A stretch of DNA of 64,000 nucleotides, taken from NCBI RefSeq assembly GCF_964204645.1, contig NC_134026.1:7215950-7279949 (forward strand), given 5' to 3'. Under the pieces are notes generated by a model that was given only the letters and a program-made list of their open reading frames with translations, searched no databases and was not told where the DNA came from. This DNA comes from Tubulanus polymorphus (taxonomy: Eukaryota > Animalia > Nemertea). This document shows positions 1-12,718 of the stretch, in pieces. A program made the translations under genes and the position numbers. Each line of letters begins with the position of its first letter. The stretch's first letter is position 1.

Positions 1-1
1 C

Positions 2-229
2 AATGCTGCAGCGAACAATGTTGCCATGCCAACGGTGAATAATACGAGTCCGAAGAACGTGCCGATTCAACACGTAAAACATTCGAAACCGGTGAAACAA
101 TTAAAACAGAACCTCGCGAAGAATCTCTTATTGAATACGAGTTATGCTTTATCAGACGAGGAAGAGGGGAAAGTGGCGGATGAAAGTGTTCTTTATAATA
201 GCTCAGGAGGCAAAGAACTCTACCTCTAA
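2..229 (+). CDS. Probable last coding exon (partial) of an unidentified gene entering from the left edge
   Basis: Frame is open from position 2 to TAA at 227-229. It ends in an acidic C-terminus (SDEEEGKVADESVLY). AT-rich UTR-like sequence follows, with AATAAA near 2447. No family recognised. Confidence 0.4.
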   Translation, partial: NAAANNVAMPTVNNTSPKNVPIQHVKHSKPVKQLKQNLAKNLLLNTSYALSDEEEGKVADESVLYNSSGGKELYL

Positions 230-1160
230 CGGCCCAGGAGGTAAAGAGCTCTACCTCTAACAGCTCAGGTGTCAAAGAGTTATATCTGTAACAGCTCATG
301 AGGAAAAGGGCTATACCTCTAATGGATCGGGAGGTAGGTCTATAGAGCTATATCTGAAACAGCTCAGGAGGTAAAGAACTATACCTCTAACGGCCCAGGA
401 GGTGAAGAGCTCTACCTCTAACAGCTCAGGTGTCAAAGAGTTATATCTGTAACAGCTCATGAGGAAAAGGGCTATACCTCTAATGGATCGGGAGGTAGGT
501 CTATAGAGCTATATCTGAAACAGCTCAGGAGGTAAAGAACTATACCTCTAACGGCCCAGGAGGTAAAGAGCTCTACCTCTAACAGCTCAGGTGTCAAAGA
601 GTTATATCTGTAACAGCTCATGAGGAAAAGGGCTATACCTCTAATGGATCGGGAGGTAGGTCTATAGAGCTATATCTGAAACAGCTCAGGAGCTAAAGAA
701 CTATACCTCTAACGGCCCAGGAGGTAAAGAGCTCTACCTCTAACAGCTCAGGTGTCAAAGAGTTATATCTGTAACAGCTCATGAGGAAAAGGGCTATACC
801 TCTAATGGATCGGGAGGTAGGTCTATAGAGCTATATCTGAAACAGCTCAGGAGCTAAAGAACTATACCTCTAACGGCCCAGGAGGTAAAGAGCTCTACCT
901 CTAACAGCTCAGGTGTCAAAGAGTTATATCTGTAACAGCTCATGAGGAAAAGGGCTATACCTCTAATGGATCGGGAGGTAGGTCTATAGAGCTATATCTG
1001 AAACAGCTCAGGAGCTAAAGAACTATATCTCTAACTGCAGGAGCTAAAGAACTATATCTCTAACAGCAGGAGCTAAAGAACTATATCTCTAACAGCAGGA
1101 GCTAAAGAACTATATCTCTAACAGCAGGAGCTAAAGAACTATATCTCTAACAGCTCAGGT
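200..1160. repeat. Higher-order minisatellite: 5 x 161 bp units, then ~4-5 x 29 bp units
   Basis: AGCTCAGG recurs at 200, 361, 522, 683, 844 and 1005. Each unit is four 31-bp monomers plus one 37-bp monomer. The array ends in a 29-bp repeat (GCAGGAGCTAAAGAACTATATCTCTAACA). Confidence 0.95.
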
Positions 1161-2970
1161 AGCAGGTGAAAAATACATGATAACATTTATCAAATTGTAT
1201 TGAGCTGATGAACAAAATCAGTGAGAAAAAAAGTCATTAACTTGTTTCGGTTATGGATCCTTAAATGGTCTTTGGCATTTCTAGTACTTAAATCTTGGTT
1301 TCAACACAGTAAGAATAAATACTGCAAAAATATGATGCAAATTTTGATTGTGGGCTTTCTCTGGTCACTTAAATACTACACCCATCGCCATGGACAAATT
1401 GTGTTCATTCGGTATGAAGATCTGTACAGCTATTTTTGTCTCGAACCATCTCTCCCACTCTCTTGAAGATAATGCGCACAATTATGAACAAAAACATTAA
1501 GTTTTGGAGAATTACGCGACACTAAGAGAGAAGTGAATTGTCCACTCAGTTTTATGAGCCATTTTCCAAACAGTTTTGAAAACGATTCATGGGATTGAGT
1601 CTACTGTAAATTATTAAGTAAATCTAAAGAGAGTAGTGATGACTCAGTTCTGTAGACCATTTCACTAGTCCCTTCATTCTTGTTCATAATTGTTGGTTTT
1701 TCTTCAATTGAATAACAGACAGTCGCTTGTCTTTATGGAAACCATATCGCTCTATCTCTTTAATTCATATTTACTGGTATATGTATTACTACTGCTGATG
1801 TGTTTCCATAATATATTTTGTCTAGTAATGGTTGTAGTTTTACAATAGAGATTTAAATTTTCGTATAAATGTCATGTTTATATCGACCCTCGGAACTCGT
1901 GTGTTTAATTTATTGCAGTCACAATTTTACAACGGTTTGAAATTATATAGGAATATTTTATTGTATAGATATTTAATAAGGTTATGGTATTCGTCATATC
2001 TATGTACGTATCATTATACAATATATGTTTTTATAGAATCTTAAACATTATATGGCAAATCTGTTGCGTGTACCCTGCAGCCCTCCTTCATACATTCAGC
2101 ACTTAATCTCGGACATTTCTTTTTTTTTTGATGATTTGAAATGAACCTCCACAAACAAGTTCCTGGTGCAATTGGATACAAACATTAGAACATTAGACAT
2201 TAAATGATATTTTCAAAGATTGTTCATCAAGACTTCACACTTCACTGGTGAATGTCTAGGAAGGTTAGCTCGGTTCAGGTATGCAGATTGAGTTTTGATA
2301 ATACTTGTCCTGTTGAATTTCTCATTTACAAAACTGTTACAGTTGTATTTATAATTTTAATGGACAATTTTTCAAAGAAAGAAAAAGTCTTATATCATAG
2401 TTAATTTATTTTTCATCATTGTAACAGCTTATTGTATATAACGGTAAATAAAGCATTTCTTCAACTTTATAAAGTTCTTAGATTAAATTTGTTTTTAAAA
2501 GTAGTCATTTGAATTAGTTTCAATTTTAAATTAGGTCTTACGCCAATAACGCACTTGGACTCAATCCAACCGCACTTTGACCCGAATTTCGGCAGTATTA
2601 GTCCCGTAAAGTACTAGATAATTATCAGGTATACTCATTTTCAATTGTATCGCATATAATTTCGGCCAAAGTCTTTCTCAAAATATATTTTCCCAATCGC
2701 GGCCACAGGCAATGTGATTTTCACGTGAAGCGGGGTATTTTCTGGCGACGAACCAGGTTATCTGGACCCCACATACATATTCGTATCTTGTATAGATTAT
2801 TGGATCAATGGATCACTCTTGTCGGTATTGTGATTCAATCGATTCAGTGGAGATAATTACACACGCCGTGAACTGGGCCCCGCGCAATTATTACAGTTAA
2901 TCGGGATTCGAACCCGGTCGGATATCCACAGTTCCGTATCGATTTTTCAGCTCCGCGAAGCCGAAAAGCC

Positions 2971-3022
2971 GGTCACGTGACTAGCGACGGCCAATTGAAA
3001 ATAACGGTCGCTAGTGACGTCA
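2971..3022 (+). promoter_or_regulatory. ANT proximal promoter motifs (E-box, CCAAT, CRE)
   Basis: GGTCACGTGA at 2971, CCAAT at 2991 and TGACGTCA at 3015, all 45-95 bp upstream of the ATG. A YY1-like AAGATGGCCG lies early in intron 1 (~3278). Confidence 0.5.
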
Positions 3023-3065
3023 CAGGTGAACTCGATCACTTCGTTTCACGACTCAAACTAGAAAC

Positions 3066-5308
3066 ATGTCGAAACCTTTCGATCCGGTACATTTCGCTAA
3101 AGATTTACTGGCTGGTGGCGTTGCCGCTGGTATTTCGAAGACCTGTGTAGCTCCGATCGAACGAGTCAAGTTACTTTTACAGGTAAGATGAACCTCGATT
3201 TTTCCGATAGCAAACTTTTTTCCAGATTTAAAGTTTTTCGGATTTTCCATCGTGTGTGAATTTCTGTAGTAAAATCAAAGATGGCCGCTCCCATGTAGCG
3301 CGTGAAGGTCATACCGGCAAAAATTGGGCGTATCCTTGAGCTGAACGCGTAGTTCATGTATTCGCTGTTTTCATTCTGTCGAGTTCGAGATTTGTGTAAA
3401 ATCTGAAGTTCAGTGGTTACCAATTGACAACCGATCTGTCATAAAAAACATGGAATGATAGCGCTGCCTCTGCTGTGTGGCCTTTGCCTTTGGTCCGTGG
3501 TCTCTTGCTTCTTCAAACTTAAATCAATAAAATGAGTGCGGATTTCGAGAAACCTGATGATAATAATCTTCCAAATGATAATGCATTATTGGAGAATAGC
3601 AGGGATTTCTTCATAAATTGGGATGAATTCTACAATTTGGCTAACCAATTGATTAATCTGCCTTGAGTTCTAATCAGCTAATACTAATAGGCCTATTTTG
3701 CTGAGAAAATGAGTGCATAATAGCCACAAAAGGTTGAATGATCCCATCTCTCTTTCATTGTTAATTCCCACTAATTTACCACAGCTCTGGTATCTAATGT
3801 CTATTTATTAATTGATGAGACCTGTTTTTCTCGGATATTTTGCTTACTTTTTGGGGTACATACCTCATTTATGTCTTAACAGAATGCCAAAAATCGCGGA
3901 CAACAACTGAATATCTGATATATTTCCAGTTCTGTACCAATTAGATGGATTGGCAAAAAGACTCCTTAAGTCCAGTTTAATGAGAGAGAAAATCCTCCAT
4001 TTTGTCAAATTTCTTGGATTTGAACATTGTTACCATGCCTACGCCACCCTGATTTAGTTGAGACCCCACAAGAAAAATAACTTCATTTCGTAGGCATGGT
4101 GACAATGTAAAAATTCAAGAAATTTCACAAAATGGAGGATTTTCTCTCATTCAATTGGACTTAAGGAGTCTTTTTGCCAATCCATCTAATTGGTACAGAA
4201 CTGGAAATATATCGGATATTCAGTTGTTGTCCGCGACTTTTGGCATTCTGTTAAGACATAAATGAGGTATGTACCCCAAAAAGTAAGCAAAATATCCAAG
4301 AAAAACAGGTCTCATCAATTAATAAATAGACATTAGACCTCTATTAAAGTCCTATTCCATCAATTGTATTCATTAGTTCAATCTGACTTATTGTAGTTGA
4401 AAGGACCACCCTAACCTTACCATTAACCCTGATCTTCAGTAACTCTATACTACATTATTGTGGTAAATTTGATCTGAAATCAGCGCTGGACTAATGTGTT
4501 TAATGTGTTGTAATTTCAGGTCCAACATGCTTCCAAGCAGATCTCCCCCGATAAGCACTACAAGGGTATCATCGATTGTTTCGTACGTGTTCCCCGTGAA
4601 CAGGGTTTCCTCTCCCTGTGGAGAGGTAACTTGGCCAACGTCATCCGATATTTCCCGACGCAAGCTTTGAACTTCGCCTTCAAAGATCAATACAAGCAAA
4701 TATTCTTGGGCGGAGTCGACAAGAATAAGCAGTTCGTGCGATACTTCGCCGGTAACCTGGCGTCCGGTGGCGCCGCCGGTGCCACGTCGCTTTGTTTCGT
4801 GTACCCGTTGGACTTCGCCCGAACCCGGTTGGCGGCTGATATCGGCAAATCGGATCAACAACGAGAATTCAAAGGTCTAGGTCATTGTTTGGCTAAGATC
4901 TTCAAGAGCGACGGTCTGCGCGGTTTGTACCGAGGCTTCGCTGTTTCCGTGCAAGGTATCATTATCTACCGTGCGGCGTACTTTGGCTGTTTCGACACTG
5001 CCAAGAGTATGTTGATCAAGGATCCGAAGAACGCCAACTTCTTCGTCGCGTGGATGATCGCTCAGGTCGTGACCACCGGCGCCGGTATCCTGTCGTATCC
5101 GTTCGACACGGTGAGGAGGAGAATGATGATGCAGAGCGGTCGATCTGACGTCCTCTACAAGAACACCATCGATTGTTGGAAGAAGATCGCGCAGCAGGAG
5201 GGAGGCTCCGCGTTCTTCAAGGGAGCGTTCTCGAACGTACTCAGGGGCACAGGCGGCGCCCTCGTATTAGCGCTTTACGACGAAATTCAGAAGTACATAA
5301 AGAACTAA
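3066..5308 (+). CDS. ANT: Mitochondrial ADP/ATP translocase (SLC25A4/5/6 family), 2 exons, 301 aa
   Basis: Exons 3066-3182 ([39 protein letters not shown]|gtaag) and 4520-5308 (ttcag|VQHASKQI...). Carrier motifs PIERVK, PLDFAR and PFDTVR, plus the ANT signature RRRMMM. AATAAA at 5683. Confidence 0.98.
3793..4337. mobile_element. Long foldback/MITE-like inverted repeat in the ANT intron
   Basis: Arms 3793-4043 and 4089-4337 are near-perfect reverse complements separated by a 45-bp spacer. Confidence 0.85.
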
Positions 5309-5981
5309 TAGTTAGCTTAAATTAGACGAATATTAGTAAAAAAAAAGTAATCAATTAAATACACTCTGTTCTTAACCACTTTATTTATTGAATTCAAGTA
5401 AAAATCAAATGTAAAAAAAACAGTTGAACAATAATATGAGTCATTTTTAGAAAGGATGCTGGCATTCTGATGTTGCCTGCTTTCAGATTTGAATAGACCA
5501 ATGTCGCTGCAATCATGCTAAATTTATTATTTAGTGACCACTTATGTAGTTTTTCCTGGGCTTTTTTCAAGAACTAAACTAGTTTGTTATTTGTGTGCGT
5601 ATTTTTCTGAGACGTAGATTTGGAACAATTCTCTGACGTGTAACAACTGAATGTGTGATAACGATATCTAGACTGGAATTGTAATAAAACTTGTATATAA
5701 TAATTTACTAAGTCGCTGAATTGTTTGTTATGACTGTGTGCTTGGTAACCAGAGGATCTGTTAGAACATGACTGGACACAGGTGACCGCAGAGAATTGTC
5801 TGGAAAACTTGAACCTTTGTGCTTGACCATAGGTTGACCCCCTAACTTAAAATGTGAAAACTATTTCAAGGTCTTGATCGGCTAGGCTGTTAGTTTTCAT
5901 AGGTTAAGTTTCAAGGTGACAATTTCAGAAGGATGAACGTTAATGACGTCAAGAGTTATGCGGAATCGACCGATTCATACT

Positions 5982-6195
5982 GTCAAGTGCTGCCCCTATG
6001 TATATAATTGGCGGTGAATATGTGAACTAACCATTCTCGCGCTGGGCTATTATTGCTGGGTTTTAGCTAAACTCAACACAAGCGAACTTACTGGTAAACC
6101 GGCAATACTTTTCTCGGATATTAAAATACCCGAACCACCCCGGCAAATGTAAGTTCGCACATTCATCGCCAATGATGAATATAGCTGCACTTGAC
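5982..6195. mobile_element. MITE with TIRs GTCAAGTGC...GCACTTGAC
   Basis: Imperfect ~70-bp inverted ends. Related copies at 19710-19850 and, partially, at ~16855-16945. Confidence 0.65.
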
Positions 6196-6403
6196 GATTA
6201 CAATCTAACAAGGATCGATATTCCTACGTGGCAAGCGAGTAATAAAGATATTTTACACTAGGATAAGTCAAATTCCATAGATAAATCAGCAATCAACTGC
6301 TTCAAACATATTGTTCAAACCTACTAACACTTTACTGGAAGAGTTTTTAGAGCTTCTTTTAGTAAATTATCTTATATTGCGTTCTTGTATTTAGCATTAG
6401 TAA

Positions 6404-6480
6404 AGCGGCAGCGTAGTGATAGCTCACATGCCATAGGAAGAATATATTCATGCATGTGTTCGAATCCCACGTTGGTACCA
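6404..6480 (+). mobile_element. tRNA-derived SINE head (degenerate)
   Basis: A-box-like GCAGCGTAGTGA and B-box GTTCGAATCCC, ending in CCA, but no cloverleaf. Other B-box remnants at ~2903 (minus) and ~45820. Confidence 0.4.
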
Positions 6481-7026
6481 CATAAAAACACTAGCAATCG
6501 TTATCGGATGCAGAAAAACAAACCTTTCGAACTAGACAGATTCATCTAACAATGAAACCGGATCGGAACACAAAAAACGTTATGCACACCGCGACTGACT
6601 TGCTTGATGGACCCGACTGCCTGTCCCTCGCCGGGACTCGAATATCAGTAGTCCCAAAAACCGTTTTAAAATGTATTTACCGTGGCGATTCCTCGAGAGG
6701 ATATTCCCACAAAATCAACTTCAATTCGATGGACCACGCACTGGGCCAAAACCTGGTCCAACGCCTGGACCTCTCGGCTCGGCGTACTTATGGAAATATA
6801 TATTGAACATAAAAATAAAATGATGTTTGAATAGATCTTTTCTGCTATATTCTCTCAAAAATTATATACCAGTTCAAATTGGCAAGAAGGATTCTCCAAT
6901 TGACAGAATGTTATATACCGTTAACTACCGTTACTTTAAAGCTGTGTACAGTTTTACTCACTTGAGTATCATAGTCACCGAAATAAATCTAAAGAGTTTA
7001 TTTTTACATGTCAGCCTTGACGGTAA

Positions 7027-7750
7027 CTAGGTAAAAGGGGCTCGTTTGGCCGGTGTCGTGATGTCGATACCCTTTTCAATCATCAAATCAATGCATAATT
7101 CCAGACATTTCTCATTGCAATCGTCTCTCTCTTCGCTAAATTCTTCCTTCCCGTAGCAATCTAAATCGTCGTCGTAGCAATGAATTTCGCAAGTTCCGAT
7201 ATTGGTTCCGTAATCTTCGGAATTGGTTTCGACCAGTTTGCCGTTTATCAACACGCCAACCGTTAACCGCGTGGCAACCGCCAACAACAACATCACCAGC
7301 AACGCCTAAAGTTGAAAAATTGTTTTTGAACCATTACATTTCGTAAAAAGACACAATGGGAAATGCAATGTTTTTACATAGATGTATTATTTGTAGAATA
7401 TAAGTTCGGTCAATTGTTGTCTGTAATAAAATTCCAGAGAATGTGATCAAGAATATCCATTTTCATGAGTGACTCATTCGTGTGATGTTTTTGGTTTTTA
7501 AACTCTTTTTCAAGATTTGGGTACTATATGAGATGTGGGATTTCGTATTATTAGAATGTAATAAAGTGTTTATCAGAAAATGAAAGAAAGAAAGTCCAGT
7601 AGGGCAGCAGAAGACTTAATCATCGCTATTAATTTCGTTTAAATGTTGTTTTAAAGAAAAAAGTTCCCAAATGGAACTCAGCAAAAAGCAACTCCCGTCG
7701 CTAAAAACGGTTAGATCTTTATTTCTTACCTGTTTTCGAAGATTCGTCAT
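7027..7750 (-). CDS. Small secreted cysteine-rich peptide precursor, 2 exons, 99 aa
   Basis: Exon 1 7750-7730 (MTNLRKQ|gtaag) and exon 2 7305-7027 (tttag|ALLVMLLLAVATRLTVG...) join in phase 0. Hydrophobic signal peptide, 6 Cys (CX3CX6CX12CX3CX3C), a KR site, and AATAAA on the minus strand at 7002-6997. Confidence 0.8.
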
Positions 7751-8653
7751 TTTAGTCTCGTTGATGGTCGCGATCGAGAGAGAGAGAGAGAATTTAGAGG
7801 TGCAGCAATCTGTGCGCCTCGCTAGAGAATAGTTTCATATTGATCATCACACATGGCAATTAAACACGCCTAGATTTGAATTACAGTTTATTATTCAATG
7901 ACAGACGATCGACAATGCGGATAGACTTACATCGACATCATATCAAATATCGAAATAATGCAAAGGCTGTGGAGACTATAAAAATGTTTTATTCCTCATT
8001 GATCTGTCTGAATCGATAAAGCCGTATGAAAATCAGCTACACCAAATGATCCCAATGAGTTTGTATATATTTTAACAGTAGGTACATATATTTGTGTACG
8101 TTCAGATTCCACGGTTGAGATATCGTTGTTTTGGTGAAATATCAGCCGAAGCTATATCAGTCCGAGTTTATCAACTACACGTATTTCGAATAATTCCCGT
8201 TTTCTCTAAAAAGATGCCTTTTTGATGAAAAACCACTTTTCCTGATAGACTCCTAACGCCGGGTCCAGATCAGAACTCTTCTAAATCAGGGAACGATAGG
8301 GTATACATGTCGTCACATCTGGCTGGTTACTGATACTGACCAAGCTCCGTCTATCTCTACGTGAGTGGTCCAGTGTTCAGCGCACAAGGCTTGGAGGTCC
8401 TGCTAGGGTTTGGGGTCGAGCTTGGATTTGCCTCGATGAAGCTTTTTTAGATAATATTTCGAACTACCATCCATGAAAAAAATTTCCTGGCTATCGACAT
8501 AGAAGTAGAAATCCTCACTGATGTCCGAACCGTAGCTACTAACTAATATCTAAAACGTACCAACAAGAAATTCTTAATCAAATAACAATTTTGTTTTATT
8601 TACTTTTTTAAAACAATAATTTACCGGTAATACGTACAGAGAATAGACAGTAA

Positions 8654-11600
8654 CTATGTAGAAGAGTCTGTATCAGAAGATGATTCATATGATATCAAAC
8701 TAACCAGTCCACCAGTAGACTGAGCAGGAGCTGATTGAATTGGGGGAGGTGATGTACCTGTTGATTGAGCAGGAGGAGCTGAAGTACCTGCTAATTGAGC
8801 AGGAGCAGCTGATGAGACTATAGTTTGAACTGGAGGAGCTAATGAGACAACTGTACTATTGTTCTCACTGATTTCCTCAGTGTTTTTAATCACAGATGAA
8901 CACTTTTTAACGATTCCGTATTTTAGTTTCTTAGTCACTACATCCGAATCGAGGTCATCAGTAGTTTTATGTTTTGTTGGAGTTGGATTCCACACTTGAG
9001 AAACGTTGCTGATTTTTGTGTTCGGTTTTGAGAAGATCGAAGAATTTGTGATGACTGCACGTTTTCTCTTCTCTTTCTGGTCGTAGGCTGAAAATAGAAA
9101 AATCTCTTTCAATACAAGAGTGATGCTCAACAATATATAACATCCACAATATTGAAGATTTAACAACGAAAATCGGTTAGATTGACCTTTCCGTTAGAAT
9201 GCTTCTACCCATTTCCAAAAAATGAAGATAGGATTGAAGCATTCTCCCTAAACCATCACTGTAACAGATCAAATTCGTCAATATTGCAGGTCTTTTTTAT
9301 GCACTTCATAGCATGCGACAAGTCTTATTTGATTTCGAGCGATGGTCCTTTGCTGAAAAGTTGGTTCATCCTAAACCATCAGATCGTGACAGTATTGGTT
9401 TCAAATATTGGTTAAAGTTAACTTGCGGAACTCGGACATGCGACTATCAAAATTACATTATCATTGTATCAATTCAGGGTCAGTTTCTTAAAAATTGGTT
9501 AAAGATAATATCCAGGGCCCGGCTTTATAGACTAGCATTAACTTTAACCTGGGGGCTAAATGAAGGCTAAATCAATTTATATTCGATTGAGTTAGCCCCC
9601 CGGTTTAAGTAAAAACCAGTCTTTGAATTGTTTTTAAGTCAACTACCGGTATCCATTGTTTAACAAACCTTTGAGGAACTGGCCTCCGATGGTTAACTAA
9701 TACTAACTTTTGAGCAACTGGCCCCAGAAATATATGATTGAAAATATGAGCTTACATTCAGCAGTTTTATATGTGAGTAAATGAGCTAATTTCTTGTCAT
9801 CCTCGTGTTCTTTTACTAGTTTAATATTCAAACTAGATTTATCTAATAACAGTTGATCAGTGGTTTGCGCGTTCTTTATACTGGTCTTCTCACCCTGCAA
9901 TATAGAACAAATTTTAAATACTGTGACTCGGCACTGCATTGATTATAGATTCAGTAAACTAAACCTGGACCAGGCTTCATACACTGGAACCCCTAGGGGA
10001 AAATCCTCAACCTGAGCCTGGCTTCATAGACCGGGTTACAAAATAAGCCCTAGGGTTTCATCCTCAGCCTGGGCCTGGTTCCATAGTCTGGGTATCAAAG
10101 TTAATCCTAGGGTTAAATCCTCAGCCTGGGCCTAGTTTCATAGTCTTGGTATCTAAGTTACCCCTAGAGATGAATTCTCAACCTATGCTCAGTTTCATAG
10201 ACTTTTTCATACACTTACCCCTAGGGGTAAATCCTCAATCTGGGTGACAAATGACATAGTAACAATTAGAGAAACCATGGTATAAATAACTGATTAATTT
10301 TGAAATATTCATCAGGATTTTTTGCCTTCACATCTATGAACTCAGTCCTGAAGTTTCGCGATCGCGCATTTTCGTAAAACCTCAAAGTTTAAGACTCACT
10401 CGACAAAACCTTACCCTAAACTTCTGCCTGGCTAACTTATTCAACATGTAATCATCTTTATAAACTGATTTGATGTCTGATATTTGTGCTAAAGCCGGGA
10501 CGGCATTCTTGATTTTCGTTTTATCCTCTGAACCGTGTTCTAGTTTATACATCGGATCCGTCGCCAACTTCTTGATTTTACTTCGATCTGAAAACAGACA
10601 CAGAAAATTAAATCTTGTTTTCAAATGAATTCAGAACTAGGCCCCAGTTTCACGAAAACTTTAAACTCAAATTTTTGATTTAGGTGAATTCATTTTTTTG
10701 ATGAAGACGACAATTCAAACTTAACAGTTTTAAGTTTTAACTTGTTCATCGAAACTGGACCCTGTTCACGAAGAACCAAAGTAACTAATACAGTTAACCT
10801 TGCCTCACTCAGACATAGCCAAAACGAATAAATATTCTAATTTTCATATTTCCAATCTTTAACTTAGTATATTTCTATCAACTGGGACTCATTTTGCCGG
10901 TCCTAGTTAGTACGAGTAAGTGCTTGCAATTGGTCCAATCGTGTTCGTTATATCAATGAACTGAATTTTCTTTTTCTCAAATTATGGACGATTGTGAAAT
11001 CTGTTTCTTCTTTCAATAACTGTCTCGTTATTTACCATCGGTAACGATCTGTTCATTTTCAGCCGGATCCCAGCGCTGTTCCTTCCGTCGAGCTCCCGAT
11101 AATATCACATAATCACTATTCTATAAAACAGATAAATACACTTACATTCGACTGACTACGACTGTTACACGATATTCACCGCACATAGGTTGAGAAAATC
11201 CACAATATCCGTGTAGATGAATACATTAGAAATACCACGATAATTCCACAATTAACAAAAGACGGAAAATCATTGAATAAAAGAGTATATTTGAGGCAAC
11301 GTTTTGGCTGTAAACCTGAACTGCCTGATGATGGCTAAAACAAAATATATGATCATTATATACTAATTCATTCAAGAACTTTCCATCTCCTTTTGCTGAA
11401 ATTATTGTGGGATGTCTAACATACCATCTCAAAGTTATCGATACTGTGTAGACTCTGCTTTAATCCAATTCATTTGGACCAATGAAATTCATCCAAATTA
11501 TTTAAACATCATGAGAAGTTGAATCTGCATATAAAATCAGTTGATTTTCGATGTTTTAACTGTAGTGAATATTAACTGTGAACTGTGGAACTGGATTGTC

Positions 11601-12718
11601 AACCATGAGAAAGATCCTAGATTCAGTTCCACCGTTCTACAGTCCAGGATCCAGATCTGCAGTAATTGGACTCATGGCTTTTAAAAGATTAGAAAGCAAC
11701 TGATTATAACTCTATTTTAACTTCATCGAGTCAAACATTAACCAACAACTGTGAAACTAGGTCCATATTTTTGTGCATATGGTAGACCAAAAATAATATG
11801 CGAATTAGATCTAAATTCGGATTAAGCTTATCTGGATTATCTCGCAGGGATTACTGTTGATTCTACTTACCTGTGGATCGGTTTGTATCTCGAAATGAGT
11901 ATCGCAAAAATGACATTTCATATTGAATTTATAAATCGGGGTCGTATAGTACATGCCGGCTTTAGTTTTCTCCGCGTTATATCGGACGCCCATCGCAATA
12001 TGAATACCACATCCTTCGCACCAGATATTATACGGCATTTCAAATCTACAATATAATTAGATAACCAAATATCAATTAGGTTTTTGATCATTCAAGGACA
12101 AAATTTTGTTAGGACCAATTAGGCCTAATTAGAGAAGAGCACTGTAGATGCTATAGGCCTATACGAAATACATTTACGGCATTTGCTTTGGATAAACCAT
12201 TTTCTTTCTTTCCAAAATTGCCATTTTCAGATTTTTCTTACAACAGCACATTGGGTATATAGAGATGTCATACCTGATGATAATGATGCCCTGATCAATT
12301 TTACGAGCTCTTTCCCGTAGCGCGTGGGTGCCATGGTATCCGTTGAGCGAGTAATGCTTTTTCGGATCAAAATCCGGCGGATAATACTTATTAACTCCTT
12401 TCCTTTCACCCTAAAAATAAAAATTCAGAAAAAAATCATAAAAATTCGTCAATGGCATTGAATAACATTAATATCAAATGTTAAACATAATCTATTTGAC
12501 TGATTGACATTCAAAATCTGTCACTAAGTAATAATAGTTTTTCGATACAGATATCCAGCTGTGGTAAGTGAGCCTCCACGAAGAACTGGCAAGCGAGGAT
12601 GGGAATGGACATTGACTTAATCGTAATTTTCTGTACAGATTCCACTCATCCACAAAACACACATTAACATATTATCAATTCACTGGAAAAATACTCAACA
12701 AAAACCTATACAAACCAT
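8654..12718 (-). CDS. YJU2B: Probable splicing factor YJU2B (CCDC130, Cwf16/Yju2 family), ~381 aa
   Basis: Exons: tentative ATG 12718-12716, then 12410-12274 (GERKGVNKYYPPDFDP), 12045-11871 (FEMPYNIWCEGC..GVRYNAEK..KCHFC), 11120-11036, 10587-10415 (DPMYKLEHG), 9894-9756 and 9087-8654. All phases are consistent. AATAAA on minus at ~8600-8595. Confidence 0.95.
9965..10245. repeat. ~59-bp degenerate tandem repeat in a YJU2B intron
   Basis: CCCTAGGG..AATCCTCA(A/G)CCTGGGCCTGGTTTCATAG recurs about 5 times. Confidence 0.75.

Noticed and set aside
200-1160. CRISPR-like array
   Set aside because: Units are contiguous tandem copies with no unique spacers, there are no cas genes, and the context is eukaryotic.
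4445-4861. 138-aa minus-strand ORF
   Set aside because: Antisense shadow of the codon-biased ANT exon 2.
6404-6480. tRNA gene
   Set aside because: Has A/B-box-like motifs but no consistent acceptor or anticodon stems. Treated as a SINE head.
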